The notes below the pieces were generated by a model, which saw only the letters and a program-made list of their open reading frames with translations, did no database searches and was not told where the DNA came from. Shown here piece after piece: positions 36,451 to 49,825 of a stretch of DNA of 64,000 bases; position 1 is the stretch's first letter; every line of letters starts with the position of its first letter. Source of the DNA: Scyliorhinus canicula (lineage: Eukaryota); contig NC_052154.1 in NCBI RefSeq assembly GCF_902713615.1, positions 34,090,322 through 34,154,321 on the forward strand. The letters run 5' to 3'. The position numbers and the translations under genes were made by a program.

Positions 36451-39400
36451 CTTTGCCGTATCCAGTGTCTTCAGCCGTTTCTTGATATCCTGTGGAGTGA
36501 ATCGAATTGTCTGAAGACTGACGAGGAGGCCGAGATGGATCATCCATTCGGCACTTCTAGCTGAAGTTCTGGCTCCTCTCCCAGTGAGTTGTTTAATTGT
36601 TCACCACCATTCATAGCTGAATTAAATTCCAAACCTTAAGGCCTGGGCAAGGGAAGCGCATGGTCGCCAATCATAAAGCATCGAAAATTCCGGATGCGGG
36701 AACTGGAGAAGCGCAGAGATCTCAGAGAGCCTTAAACTCAGCACCAAGTCTAGCTCTCACCTACATATGTAAAGGACCTAATGCCGGGAAGCATTCAATG
36801 CCAGTTCCAGACTTGCAAAGAAGGCAAGAATTTCTGGACAACTGGGTAACCCTAATCGGCAGGGGCATTATTGCTGTTCCGCCTTGTCAGCCATGTTGTG
36901 CACAGCAAGATCCCACAAGGAGCAGTGACTTGAATGACAAGTTAACCACTTTTGATGGTCTTTCATTGAGGTGAGGGGGGGTGCGAGGATAGCTGGTTGA
37001 TGACCAGGAGAATTTCCCTTACATTAGTGGAGCAGGAGCAGTGAGAAACAGAATGGGTGGCCATTCAATTGAAATCTCAGCTACATGTGCACCTGCTTCC
37101 AATGAACGGAAGCTGAAATAACACAATGATGCTCCACATTCCATTTTCTATCATTGCCACATGATTCACGCTGGATGTAATTCATCTTCATGTAAAATGG
37201 TCACGCATTGTTGCCACACAAAATATACCTTCAAAGGGTCTCATTTCTGAATTAATTTAAATATGTTTTGCTCACAGCCGGCCAGTGCTTGGCCTTTCTG
37301 GTGTTGTTCCTCCCCTCCATTTGTTCAAGACCACAATGAGTTTGCATCACTTAGTGGAAGAAAGGAATATACACTGGAGAAAGGCTAAGAAGATGATGAT
37401 ACTGAGGCAGCAGTACTCTCCATGAAAGATACAGTGACTAACATACTCCTAGCTCCACCTGGCCACAAAACCGCTGTGCCATTAAGTCAAGTGAGTGTTT
37501 TAACCCCATGTACAGTTCGATCACAAAACACCCTTTTTAATCTGCTGCCAAGAAGTAGAATATTTCAGAAATCGTGAATAGGGTTTTGTTCCTGTGTACA
37601 GGAAGTGAAATCTTGTGAGTTTAGATTGACGACATCACCGCAACCTACAACGAGAGCCCTGCCAGTTTCCAAAATAACTTGATCCACTTAGTTACCAGAG
37701 TAAATGTTTCCAAAACATCTTTTTTATCCTGAAATCAAAGCAGAAAATTTCAGAACTCTCATAACATCTGGAGCTGCATCACTTCAAAGTCAAGAGTCAA
37801 AGTCAGCTTTTTCCCTCTGCAAACTGCTTACTTTAAAGTAATTTCCTAAAAGTCACAGCAATGATGGAATAGTTTTTAAAAATACACAATTCTGAGGTTT
37901 ATGTTTTTTGCTCGTAACTATGGCATTGATGTCTGGAGCTTTCTGCCACAACTGTCATGACTTTTCCTCAGATGTCCTCGCCTTCACCAGGTAACAGACC
38001 AGTTCCCATTCTCACTGCCTCCTCTGGTGCCTCTGTCATCTCAAATCCCATGGCTTTAGTTCTGAATGTTCTCCAGGAACACTAGGCCTTGCCATCCATT
38101 GCTGAGTCGGGTTTGACAGTTTCACGGTGTACAGGTCACTCCCATGCTACCAGATAGCAGAAACAATTCCAAATCTCTCTTCTCGAGGACAATTAGGAAG
38201 TCGTATTAAATGGCTGATAGTTTGTTTCAAATCTCCCATTTTACACTATCTAATGTATGGCACACTAGGTTTTCCTTTTCACTGAACTCAATGGAATGAA
38301 ATTCGAGAGGGGCATATAGTAGAGCAATATTTTCAATTATTAGCTGGGAGTATGTTGCTATTTTCAGAGTCCCTGAGAATGTGTACATTTTTGGAAGGGG
38401 TCCCGGTGCATCAGTATTAGCTATTTTCCAAGAGTATGTCAATATTAGCACAGAGATTGATTGATTTATTTATTGTCACATGTGCCAAAGTAGAGTGAAA
38501 AGTTTTTTTTTGTAGCCAATGGAACGTAGAGTACATACACAGTAAACAGAAAGAATAATCAACAAAGTACATCAACAAATAGTACATCGACAAATACTGA
38601 TTGGTTACAGTACAGAAAAAGGGGTCAAACAAAGCAAATACATGAGCAAGAGCAGCATAGGGCGTCGTGAATAGTGTTCTTACAGTGAACAGATCAGTCC
38701 AAGGGAGAGTCGTTGAGGAGTCTTGCAGCTGTGGGGAAGAAGCTGTTCCTATGTCTGGGATGTGCGGGTCTTCAGTCTTCTGTATCTTCGGCCTGATGGA
38801 AGGGTCTGGAAAAGGGCAAAGAGGGGTATCTGACAATGCTGTCTGCCTTCCTGAGGCAGCGGGAGGTGTAGACAGAATCAATGGGAGGATGGCAAGCTTG
38901 TGTGATGCGTTGGGCTGAGTTCACCACACTCTGCAGTTCCTTGAGATCTTGGGCCGAGCAGTAATGCAGCCAATAGGATGCTCTCTATGGCACAACTGTA
39001 GACCTTTGTGAGAGTTGATGCAGACATGCCGAATTTCTTTAGGGGTATCTGACAATGCTGTCTGCCTTCCTGAGGCAGCGGGAGGTGTAGACAGAATCAA
39101 TGGGAGGATGGCAAGCTTGTGTGATGCGTTGGGCTGAGTTCACCACACTCTGCAGTTCCTTGAGATCTTGGGCCGAGCAGTTGTCATACCAAGCTGTAAT
39201 GCAGCCAATAGGATGCTCTCTATGGCACAACTGTAGACCTTTGTGAGAGTTGATGCAGACATGCCGAATTTCTTTAGCTTCCGGAGGAAGTAGACATGCT
39301 GTTGGGTTTTCTTGACTGTAGCATCAACGTGAGTGGACCAGGATAAACTGTTGCTGATGGTGACCCCCAGGAACTTAAAGCTATTGACTATTTCCACTTA

Positions 39401-39639
39401 GGAGCCATTGATATAGATGGGAGTATGTGTCGTGCTACACTTCCTGAAGTCGATGATCAGTTTCTTGGTTCTGCTGACATTTAGAGAGAGGTTGTTTTCG
39501 GTACAGCATGCAGCAGTGATCTATCTCCCTTCTGTAGTCTGATACGTCGTTGTTTGAGATACAACCCACCACAGTTGTATCATCCGCAAACCTATAGATC
39601 TAATTGGAGTTAAATCTTGTCACACAGCTGTGTGTGTAA

Positions 39640-41360
39640 GACCATAAGACGTAGAAGCAGAATTAGACCACTCGGCCCCTCGAGTCTGCTCCACCATTCA
39701 ATCATGGCTGATATTTTTCTCATCCCTATTCTCCTGCCTTCTCCCCATAATCCTGATCCCCTTATTAATCAAGAATCTATCTATCTCTGCCTTAAAGACA
39801 CTCAGTGATTTGGCCTCCACAGCCTTCTGCTCCAAAACGTTCCACAGATTCACCATCTTTTGGCTGAAGAAATTCCTCCTCATCTCTGTTTTAAAGGATC
39901 GTCCCTTTTGTCTGAGATTGTGTCCTCTGCTTCTAGTTTTTCCTAAAGTGGAAACATTCTTTTCACATCCACTCTATCCAGGTCTCGCTGTATCCTGTCA
40001 GCTTCAATAAGATCCCCTCCATCCTTCTAAACTCCAATGAGGACAGAGACAGATTCCTCAACCGTTCCTCATACGACAAGCTCTTCATTCCAGGGATCAT
40101 TCTTGTGAACCTCTTCTGGACCCTTTCCAAGGCCAGCACATTCTTCTATAGATACTGAACCCACAAAATGCTCACAGTACTCGAAATTGGGCTGACCAGA
40201 GCCTTATATAGCCTGAGACGTATATCCCTGGTCTTATATTCTAGCCCTCTCGACATGAATGCTAACATTGTATTTGCCCTCCTAACTGCCGACTGAACCT
40301 GCATGTTAACCTTAGCAGAATCATGAACAAGGACTCCCAAGTCCCTTTGTGCTTCTGATTTCCTAAGCATTTCTCCATTTAGAAAATAGTGTATGCCTCC
40401 ATTTCGCCTTCCAAAGTGCATAACCTCACACTTTTCTACATTGTATTCCATGTGTCACTTCTTTGTCCACTCTCCGAGCCTGTCCAAGTCCTTCTGCACC
40501 CCGCCTGCCTCCTCAATACTATCTGTCCACCTACAGGTCTCTGTATCATCTGCAGAGTTAGCAAGTGTGTTCAGTTCCTTCTTCCAGATCATTAATGTAT
40601 GTTGTGAAAAGGTGTGGCCCCAGCACAGACCCCTGAGGCACACCACTAGTCACTGGCTGCCATCTTGAAAAAGACCCCTTTATCCCCACTCTGCCTTCTG
40701 CCAGTCAGCCAATCCTCTATCCATGCCAGGATTTTATTGTTAACACCATGGGCTTTTAACTTATTTAATAGTCTCCATGCGACACCTTGTCAAAGGCCTT
40801 CTGGAAATCTAAATAAATCACGTCCACTGGTTCTCCTTTCTCTAACTTCCTTGTTACTTCCTCAAAGAACTCTAACAGATTTGTCAGACATGACCTCCCC
40901 TTGACGAAGCCGTGCTGACTCCGTCCTATTTTATCATGCACTTCCAAGTACTCTGCGATTTCATCTTTAATAATGGACTCTAAAATCTTACCAATGACCA
41001 AAGACAGGCCAGCTGGCCTATAATTTCCCACCTTCTGCCTCCCTCCCTTCTTAAACAGCGGTGTTACATTAGCCACTTTCCAGTCCTCTGGGACCCTTCC
41101 TGCCTCCAGTGATTCCTGAAAGATCATCACCAATGTCTCCACAATCTCCTCGGCTATCTCTTTTAGAACCCTGGGGTGTAGTCCATAGGTCCAGGTGACT
41201 TATCCACCTTCAGACCTTTCAGTTTCCTGAAAACCTTCTCCTTAGTGATGGTCACTGCACTCACCTCTGCCCCCGATTCTACTGGAGCTCTGGCATTCCA
41301 TTGGTATCTTCCACCGTGAAGATTGTTGTAAAGTAACTATTCAGCTCCTCTGCCCTTTCT
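39640..41360 (-). mobile_element. CR1 LINE ORF2 3' part nested in Rex1
   Basis: PEDWKVANVTPLFKKG, QHGFVKGRSCLTNL, DVIYLDFQKAFDKV, ADDT, YNVEKCEVMHFG; tail TCTTATGGTCTTA. Confidence 0.93.
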
Positions 41361-41434
41361 TTGTCGTATAGTAGAGGACTGAGCACACACCCTTGCGGGC
41401 CCCTGGTGTTGAGGACTATTGTAGAGGAGGTGAA

Positions 41435-41596
41435 AGAAAAAATGAAAATCGCTTTATTGTCACAAGTAGGCTTCAAATGAAGTTACTGTGAAAAGCCCCT
41501 AGTCGCCACACTCCAGCGCCTGTTACGGGAACCGTGCTGCTGGCCTGCCTTGGTCTTCTTTCAAAGCCAGCAACTTAGCACTGTGCTAAACAGCCT
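41435..41596 (-). mobile_element. tRNA-SINE ('tail Z' family)
   Basis: Same head and tail as the other copies. Confidence 0.82.
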
Positions 41597-41730
41597 CAGC
41601 TGCTGTTACCTATCCTGGCAGATTGTGGTCTGTTGGTGAGGAAGTCACCAGCTGCACAGGGAGGGGTCAAGTCCAAGATTGCAGAGTATGGTTATTAGTC
41701 TTGTCGAGATAATAGTGTTGAAGATGGAGC

Positions 41731-42723
41731 TGTAGCCCTCTAAAATGGACACCAGTCTACAAAATGGAGAACTGCTAAGACTGCAGGGAAAAACAGCCAT
41801 AGTAAGGACAAACAGCTTGCAGAAGCTTTCAACAGTGAGACACTCGTAAAAACCGGTTTCAAGGCAGGTGCAGAGACTCAGCCAAAGGTGCAAATAGGAA
41901 AACGATCTGCATACTAATGAGATGATACCGGCCAGTCCCAGATACAATAGAAACATTTTAAGTATCGATTGATACTTTCTATAGCTACCCAGCCAGAATG
42001 GCGCCAGAGAACCCAGGTCAATGACCCCTAGGAACCGCCCCCGCCATCGAGGAACGACTCCAGGATAGGGGAATTCAAATGATATCGATTGGGAAAGACC
42101 CAATCGATACCTAGTAGGTGAAAGATCCCGCCCCAAGGGGCACGGACCTCTAGGACCTATAAAAAGAAGGTCAAGCACATGATTCGGTCTGTTGCTTCCA
42201 GACTCCAGCCCAGATCTGTTGCTTCCAGACTCCGGCCTAGGCTGTTGCATCCTGACTCCGACCCCAGCCTCCAGATCCTGTCTTTCATCACCGGCCGTTG
42301 AGCATCAGCCATCTTTCAGTAAGTGCCAAAACAACGATCGCTACGTGACCCAGGCATTGCTTATACTCTTGCCGACTATTAGTGAACAGAAGGTGCAGAC
42401 CAGAAAGGAACAAAGGCCTTGTCCCCTGACCTTGCTGGTTCCTACTTAGATAAGTATTTAGTCGTTTAATAGTAGAAATAAGTATTAGTCTTTTAGCGTG
42501 TGCATGAGTATTTATTATATCTGTTATAATAAACACTAATTGTTTAGACTTACTATAAGTTAAGACTTATTGCTTTGAACTTGACCTTGATAACTTGTGA
42601 CGGTGTCTGTTACGGCACCTGGCAACTCCTGAGCATAGATACAGATACAGAGCCAAACCAGTGTTAAGCACGTGTCCTTTAAATGGAGGCGTGTTAATCA
42701 CACTAACAGTAGAACGAGCAACA
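41731..42723 (+). mobile_element. Solo LTR (993 bp) inserted in Rex1 RT
   Basis: TG...CA ends; TSD GAGC; TATAAAA near 42158; AATAAA near 42528; short internal tandem TCTGTTGCTTCCAGACTCC. Confidence 0.85.
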
Positions 42724-44240
42724 GAGCTTAGTCTATGTACAGCAGTCTGATGTAAGTGTCCTTGTTGTCGAGGTGTTTGAGTTTTAATTGTGGGGCCAGG
42801 GAGATAGCATCTGCTGTGGAGCTATTGCGACAATAGGCGAACTGCAGTGGATTGAGACCGTCTGGGTGCCTGACCTGGGACGACCCTGGGAATGCGACAA
42901 GAGTTGCAGGGTCGCTCCACACAAGAAGGTGTAAATAGGGATTAACATATTCAGATTATGGAGATTGCATACATGGCAAAAAAACCTTATGAATAGTCAT
43001 GCAACATTTTCAGCATGCCACTAATAATAATATCATTAGCCCAAGGTTCATTGAAGTGAAATAGAAACTATAATGTCGCTATTATAAGCAGCTGCACCAA
43101 GCATTTGTGTGGGGACCACAAAAGAGGCAGTAAATTAGAGAGAAAGAAAATCATACAAGTTGTTCCTTACTGTATTTATGCTGTAAAGGCTGAGATTTTC
43201 CAATCCCAGGAATCATCACGAGTAGGATGAAGGGGGAGAGAGGGATTTGGGGCGTAAAGTTAGTTAAGTTTGTAAAAGCGGACTTCTGGCGGCAGATGTG
43301 AGCGGAGGATTCACATCTGGGGACACCCCGACCTGACCCGATTCGCAAAGCGTCTATAAATCGCGCTAGCAGTAAAAATAACAAAATTAAAGGGACACCG
43401 GGGAAATATACAGTTTCAAACCAAACATGCTAAAAATTAAGAACAAGAGAGTGGGGAGCCAGATGTGCTCTTCAGACTCGGAGGCTTCATTGGAGTCGGG
43501 AGGAGACAAAATGGCGGCGGTGTGCTCCTCCCCCCCCCCAGGCAGCCGCGTGGCCATCAATTAAAGACATGAGCCGCATGTGCTTAAACGATTTGATCAG
43601 CATTGCTCCCCTAGAAAAAACGAAACATTCAACGCTATAAATTCCATGCACGCACCCAGAACGTGAGAGAGGCATTCGATAACTTCCTCACTGACTTACG
43701 ATTGAAAGCGCAGTCGTGCAACTTCAGCACACTCCAGTTGTCAATGATACGAGACCAGATAGTTTTTGGAATCTCCAATAATAAAGTGAGTGAGCAGCTA
43801 CTGCGGGAAACAGACCTACAACTTGAAAGTGCCATTCAAATATGACACGCTAGTGAGCTGGCTGAAAAGTAACTACGGTTGAATGCCCATAGTTTTGCCG
43901 CAAAGGCAGAAGAGGCGGCAGACACCATTAGTGTGGTGACGCAGCTGAATAAGAATTGTGCTCCCAGTGCGGGTGGCCATTATGATATGCCAGCGATGTG
44001 GCATTCAACATTTACCATGTCCAGCTTTTGGACTGATCTGTTCCTAATGCGGCAGAGCAAACCACTTTGCGAGGCAATGTTTTTCACATCCAACAGTAGA
44101 TCAAACAGCATCAATTAACATGATTGACTAGATGTGCATCGAAGACCTGTTATAATTTTGACTGAGGGCACAGAATGAGAGTTTCTCAGAGGAGCGAAAG
44201 GTGTAAGTTACTTGAGCGTCTGTACATTTCAGACAGCGCT

Positions 44241-45235
44241 GCGACTAAGGATGAATGCAAATGGCAACAAGATGAAGTGGAGGAGTTATCAGATGAAATG
44301 GAAAAAAAAGGTCAAGGTGGAGGAAGAGAAAAAAGATGGAGAAAAGGAGGAGCCAATAGGAATTCCAGAATTCTGGTTGACAATCTTCAAAAATGTGGAT
44401 TTGCTCAGTGACATGACACGAGCATAATGAGCCTACCTTAAAGCATTTACAAGATTTAAAGGTGAAATTTTCAGGTCCTGGACAGTCAATGAGTTTTACT
44501 CTGAAGTTTAAGTTTGAGCCAAATGAGTAGTTAAAAAATGAAGCAGTGACAAAAACATACCAGATGGAGTCGCAGCCTGAGTCAGACTTTTACTTCTTTG
44601 ATGAACCGCCAGATCGACTGGAAGAAAGGAAAAAACATCACATTGAAAACCATGGAAACAAAGCAGACGAATAAGGCGAGCACTGGTAGAACAGTTACAA
44701 AAACTGTACCATATGTCTCTTTAATTTTTCTAGTCCCCCTGAAGCTCCAGAGCATGGAGAGTTGGATGAAGGTTCTGCAGCTGGCTTTGAAATTGGTCAC
44801 TTCTTCCATGAACACATAATTCCACAAGCAGTGTTATACTTCAGAGGAGACGCTTTTATAATAATAATAATAATTGCTTATTGTCACAATGAATGATCTG
44901 TTGAGCTGCTTGCAGAAAAATACTTTTCGCTGTACCTCGGTACACGTGACAATAAACAAATCCAATCCAATCCACAAGGAGGCTTCAATGAAGTTACTGT
45001 GAAAAGCCCCTAGTCGTCCCATTCCGGCACCTGTTCAGGGAGGCCGGTACGGGAATCAAACCCGCGCTGCTGGCATTGTTCTGCATTACAAGCCAGCTGT
45101 TTAGCCCACTGTGCTAAACCAGCCCCATTTTGCAGGCGATAATGATGATTATGATGATGATGATTACGACGATAACGATTATGAGGAGGAATGTGAAGAA
45201 TCAGATGATGAGCCAGAAGAGGAAGACTATGAAAG
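44241..45235 (+). pseudogene. nap1l1: Intronless nucleosome assembly protein 1-like 1 fragment (degenerate)
   Basis: ECKW...EEKKDGEKEEPIGIPEFWLTIFKNVDLLSDM...LKHLQDLKVKFS...FEPNE...QIDWKKGKNITLKT...RTVTKTV...GFEIGHF..HIIPQAVLYFRGDA plus an acidic tail; contains stops and frameshifts; SINE inserted at 44857-45126. Confidence 0.93.
44857..45126 (-). mobile_element. tRNA-SINE (variant head, tail Z) with a nested plus-strand Rex1 3' fragment (44890-44973)
   Basis: SINE tail split at GTCACAA by ...CTGTACCTCGGTACACGTGACAATAAACAAATCCAATCC; ACAA duplicated. Confidence 0.85.
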
Positions 45236-47574
45236 TCTATTTAGTTTATTTGGCATTAGGGATGAGGTGATAACAAGCAGCATCCAATCTGTGCAGGACA
45301 ACGATAAGTGAAAGTTCCAAGATGGAGTGTGCAGAGGCAGAAAGTGAGATTGCAAAAAGCAGACAAATTAGCAGAGAGAAAATCAACTGCAAAAAGCCAC
45401 TGGTAACCGAAGAAATAATCCCCATTCTGGAGAAATTGGCTCCAGAGAAGTACGATGAATTATCCTGTGCCCACAAAATGGTTCCTGCAGTGGATTCCCC
45501 AGTACTCGAGGTCAGTCCATCAAAAAACTTGCAGGAAGAACAGATCTTCGTGCAGTTCTCCAACAAAAGACGGAGCATGTATTGTTTTATCAGATAAGGA
45601 TGAGCCACTAATTCAGACCAAAGCACAAAGTGAAGAAGTAATGCCTAATGTTGAGGACATTGATCCAGCTAAGACACCGGAATTCAAGGGTTTGCAGATC
45701 ATTGATGAAGTCGCAAACTTGCCTGCAACTGCAAGAGCACCCAAAAGTATGCCACAACTAGATGCCTCACCAGTTGATGGGCATGCAGTACAGCACTCGA
45801 GCACAAGCACCATGGATCAACCAAAACTCCTCAATCCTGCAAAAGATCCAGCAACAGCTAATCCCTTGGGCGAGACTAGTAGCAAGAATTATGCTCTGGG
45901 TTCACAGGCAGATGCGAGTGTGAACAGTACCAATTCCAGGGATTATGGCACTAAAGCCAAGTAGAAAAGGAGAAAGAAAAAGCATCATTTCAAAAGTTTC
46001 AAAAGGCTGATAGAGTTGGTGACTCAAAGACCAGAAAGAAAACTGGTCCTTCAAAAAAAGAAACAAGATTACGTATTCGGCCAATGCTCAGGAGACGAAC
46101 CAGAATATGGTGTTAACCTGAAAGATTGAACATGTAGTGAACTGTGCACAGGGTCACATGTATATAGTTATTCATATCATGTTGAAATGTGAAAAATAAT
46201 TTAACGCTTGTAAATTATTTTCTTTTACAAAGGAATGGGGATGCGATGATATGCATGATGTAAATTTGTAAATATTATGCATGAACTCCGACCACTGGGT
46301 GGCATTGTAAACACCATGTGATCTGGGAGTTGGGAGTTGGTCATGCTGGGAGATAGATGTATTTGCAGTAGTTCCACGGGAGTTGTTTAGTGTTAATTGT
46401 TAGTTTATTTATCCTAGTTATCTCACCACACAGTTTGTTCTATAATAAATTATTTTAAACTACATGTTCTGTCGTTCATCATTCACTTCGGCCAGAAGAC
46501 AATATTAATGGCATAGCTTTGAAAGAAAGATCCTTGAGAAAAGAGAGTAATTGAGGTAGTATTAACACTATTATCATGGATGTGAGCACATAGAGTGGCA
46601 CAATTGCCTTCCTCATGAACAGCATTGACATTATCATCATTTAAACATCATTTTAATTTAACTATCAATGGGATCCTATGTTTTGGAGCCACTTATGTCC
46701 TTTAATGCTCTCTTGGGCCAAAAGAGAAGGCGCGAGGTACTCCAATAATAATGTTGCCTTATCATGTAGTAATCAGCAAGAATGCCTGGGAATAAGTTCT
46801 CTCTGACTTTCCTTTCCTTCACTGAGAAGATGCCTTCTATTTTCTCAGTGTCTTCACACAGCAGCTTGGCCAAGATTTTGAAAATTATATGTAGAGAATC
46901 ATAGTTGTGCCAAGGACTCTGTGGTATAACACACCGGTGCTTCAAATGTACTGCATCATTACAATCAAACCAAACTTTGGATTCAGTAACATCAACCTTG
47001 AACCAACATTAAATTGCCCTAAATACCTAGGCCTGTGTCTAAATTGCTCACATACACATCAACACATTAATCTGTCACGCTATCGCCTAACTGTGTAATA
47101 TAGCCAGGTTCACTCAGTTGGCTAGACAGCTGGTTCGTGATGCAGAGGCCAGCACCGCAGGTTCATTTCCCGTACCTGAGGGTCAAAAAAGGAATCTTTA
47201 TTTCCCCTTGTTCCACAATTTCATCCAAACTGCTATAAGTGTGTCAAATAGATATCAGTACTACAACTGTGGGTGGCAAATCTAATGTCACAAAGTGGGT
47301 GGTGAGTTCTGCTGATAAAGAACTGCTGACTTCAACAATGATCAGTAAAGATCAGTAAAACATTATCTATACAACCTACTCTTTATAAGATAACTGCGAC
47401 TTTGAACAACTTTTCACACAATCACGTGTGTGCTGGTGAGTGACTTTATTTAACCTATTCCAACATTTTCCTGTACCTTCAACCCAACCAGGTCATATTG
47501 CTTCCTGATTTCGAACTTCATTTCAGTTGTCCAACTGTTTTTATTGTAATGCTCAACAAACATACAACATGGGC

Positions 47575-47915
47575 TTTTATGGAATCATAGAATTTATAAT
47601 GCAGAAAGAGGCCATTCAGCCCATCGAGTCTGCACCGGCCCTTGGAAAAAGAACCCTACCGAAGCCCACACCTCCACTCTATCACCGTAACCCAGTAACC
47701 CCACCCAACCTTTTTGGACACTAAGGGCAATTTATCATGGCCTATCCACCTAACCTGCACATCTTTGAACTGTGGGAGGAAACCGGAGCACCCGGAGGAA
47801 ACCCACGCACACACGGGGAGAACGTGCAGACTCTGCACAGACAGTGAACCAAACCGGGAATCAAAACTGGGATCCTGGAGCTGCGAAGCAACTGTGCTAA
47901 TCACTATGCTACTGT
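47575..47915 (-). mobile_element. HE1 V-SINE
   Basis: Full head, V-domain and CR1-type tail. Confidence 0.87.
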
Positions 47916-48004
47916 GTTTGCCTTTAAAAGGCACCATCATCAGGAATTAAATTCATTTGGGTCAATAGAACCAGAGGATCTCTGTCTTATCGACAGTCAC
48001 CATG

Positions 48005-49825
48005 ACATTTAAAAAAAAATATTTTTAACTTTCTATTTTTGACTTTCTAACATTTTAAACATAAAACAAAACAATGTAAAACAACAAGAACAGCAGAAGC
48101 CTCCCCCCTCCCCCCCACTTTACCAACCAACACCCCAATAACTCAAAGAATAGCACCCCCTCATCACCACCCCATCCCCTCTCTCCCTAGCAGATCAAGC
48201 GTAGCGATTCTTGGCCTTTTGGCTAAGATGAGCGTCGGATCAGGTATAATGCCTGGATCTGGTATCTCTCGCTTGTGGAGACCATGAATTGGATTCAATT
48301 TGAATTGGTTTTTGGAGCAGGCGAGGAGCTGCATTAGGGGTTTGCCCCTGTCCACACTCTGAGCTCTGGCTTTGTAACTCTGATAAAGTAATAAAGTGAA
48401 GAATAAACAGACCCCATTTCTCAGGGAACCTCCCAATCGCCCCCCCCCCCCCTCCCCCCCCCCCCCCCCCCCCCCCCCCCACTTCAAGGTAAACATAACC
48501 TTCTCCAGATACTGGAACTCCATTAGGTCCCCAAGCCATGCTGAGGCACAGGGTGGAGAGACTGACCCCCAACCCACCTGGACCCCTCTGTGAGCAATCA
48601 GCAAGGCCACCTTTAACTGTATTAACCCCAGTCTCATACACACAAAGTTGAGACATTCACCCTCTGTAACAGCTCATAGCACAACCCTCCTCCAATGCCA
48701 CCCTCAGCTTCTCCCCCCACTTGGCCTTAACCCCCTCCAGTGTGATGTGTTGGGTAAGCTGGGTCTGCGAGGACTGCGTTTACTGCAGCAGTGAGAGAGA
48801 CAGGCTTCCAACACTTGAAGAAATGCAACTCGATTTTATTGAACTCTTAACTATCATACATACTTTAACTGTGGGTTGACACTATGCTGACTTGACTGGA
48901 GACCTGAGGCTAACCTGACCGGACTATCTTACTACCACATGGTGTATGTTCTAGTTGTTGCTCACGGGCTCTGACTGTCTCAGAGGCTGAATCCCAAGAG
49001 AGCGGGAAAACTACCGCCCTCTGGCTTTATAGTGGTCGTGTCCTGTCTGGTGATTGGCTACTGTGTTCTGTGTGTTCATTGGTCATCCTGTGTGTCAATC
49101 ACTGCTTGTCTGTGCACCATCATATACTTGTGTGTATATTATGACACAGTGATGCCATGTCCTTCTCCAGAATTTTCCCATAAATCGCCAAGATGCCCCC
49201 CTCTCCAACCCCATCACCGACAACACCCACTCCCACAAAGAGGAGGGAGATGTCACCGGAAACGCCAGGAAAACCTTCCTTTTCTTTTTAAAGATAATTT
49301 ATTGCAGATATATTCAAATATATACAGAAACAGAAAGACTCAAAGAGCCATGACAAACAACAATGTAGTAAGATATCTACACTAATTATAAACATTCCCT
49401 CCTGACTCCTCCTTTTTATCCAGTATAACCCTCGATCACATCCCCCCTTCTCCCTTAACAAAGATACGTTCAGACTAATTAACCCATTTTGCCCAAGCAG
49501 AATAGATTTTATGTGTTTGCTTTACAGGTAACTGCAATCATGTTCATATGTTTTGGTCCTGTCCAAAGGATTAGTGGAAGGAGGTTTTTAGGGTAATCTC
49601 TAAAGCGGTGCACATGAAACTGGACCCGGGCCCTCGGGAGGCCATATTCAGGGTATTGGACCAACCGGGGTTGGAAACGGGCGCGGAAGCAGATGTGGTA
49701 GCCTTCGCCTCGTTGATTGCCCAAAGCCGGCTCCTGATGGGATGGAGAGCAACCTCTCCCTCTATGGCCTGGCGTGGCGGGGGGACCTGCAGGAATTCTT
49801 GACGCTTGAAAAGGTCAAATTTGAT
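48005..49825. mobile_element. L1 3'-end remnants (two fragments in opposite orientations)
   Basis: RLGLIQLKV and SAWLGDLMEFQYLEKV on minus; EAIFRV..FASLIAQSRLLMGWR..GDLQEFLTLEKVKF on plus. Confidence 0.65.
48743..49146 (-). mobile_element. Solo LTR (404 bp)
   Basis: TG...CA ends; TSD CAGTG on both sides; minus-strand TATAAA and AATAAA. Confidence 0.82.

Larger units (their letters stand above)
38455..42870 (-). mobile_element. Rex1/Babar LINE (5'-truncated) hosting nested CR1, SINE and solo LTR
   Basis: [22 protein letters not shown]|SSIFNTI, GPQGCVLSPLLY, EIVNSFKFLGVTISNSLSWSTH; tail GTGACAATAAAT(AAATC)n; ~220-bp internal duplication at 38822-39270. Confidence 0.88.
43635..46508 (+). mobile_element. 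Pol-less Gypsy-derived LTR element carrying NAP1L1 cDNA (5' end missing)
   Basis: Gag FDNFLTDLRLKAQSCNF...MIRDQIVFGI...LLRETDLQLESAI; knuckles CQRCGIQH and CxxCGRANHFARQC; ends LRRRTRI..PERLNM*; PPT AAAGGAATGGGGA; LTR-like 46242-~46508. Confidence 0.72.

Noticed and set aside
41645-42250. 201-aa ORF
   Set aside because: Antisense read of a solo LTR running into Rex1 RT remnants
44241-45235. Functional nap1l1 gene
   Set aside because: N-terminus missing, in-frame stops, frameshifts and a SINE insertion
48438-48480. Long C/G homopolymer tracts (also ~9586, ~21850, ~23183) giving poly-Pro or poly-Gly ORFs
   Set aside because: Simple tracts within L1 3' regions and Harbinger elements; their lengths are prone to error
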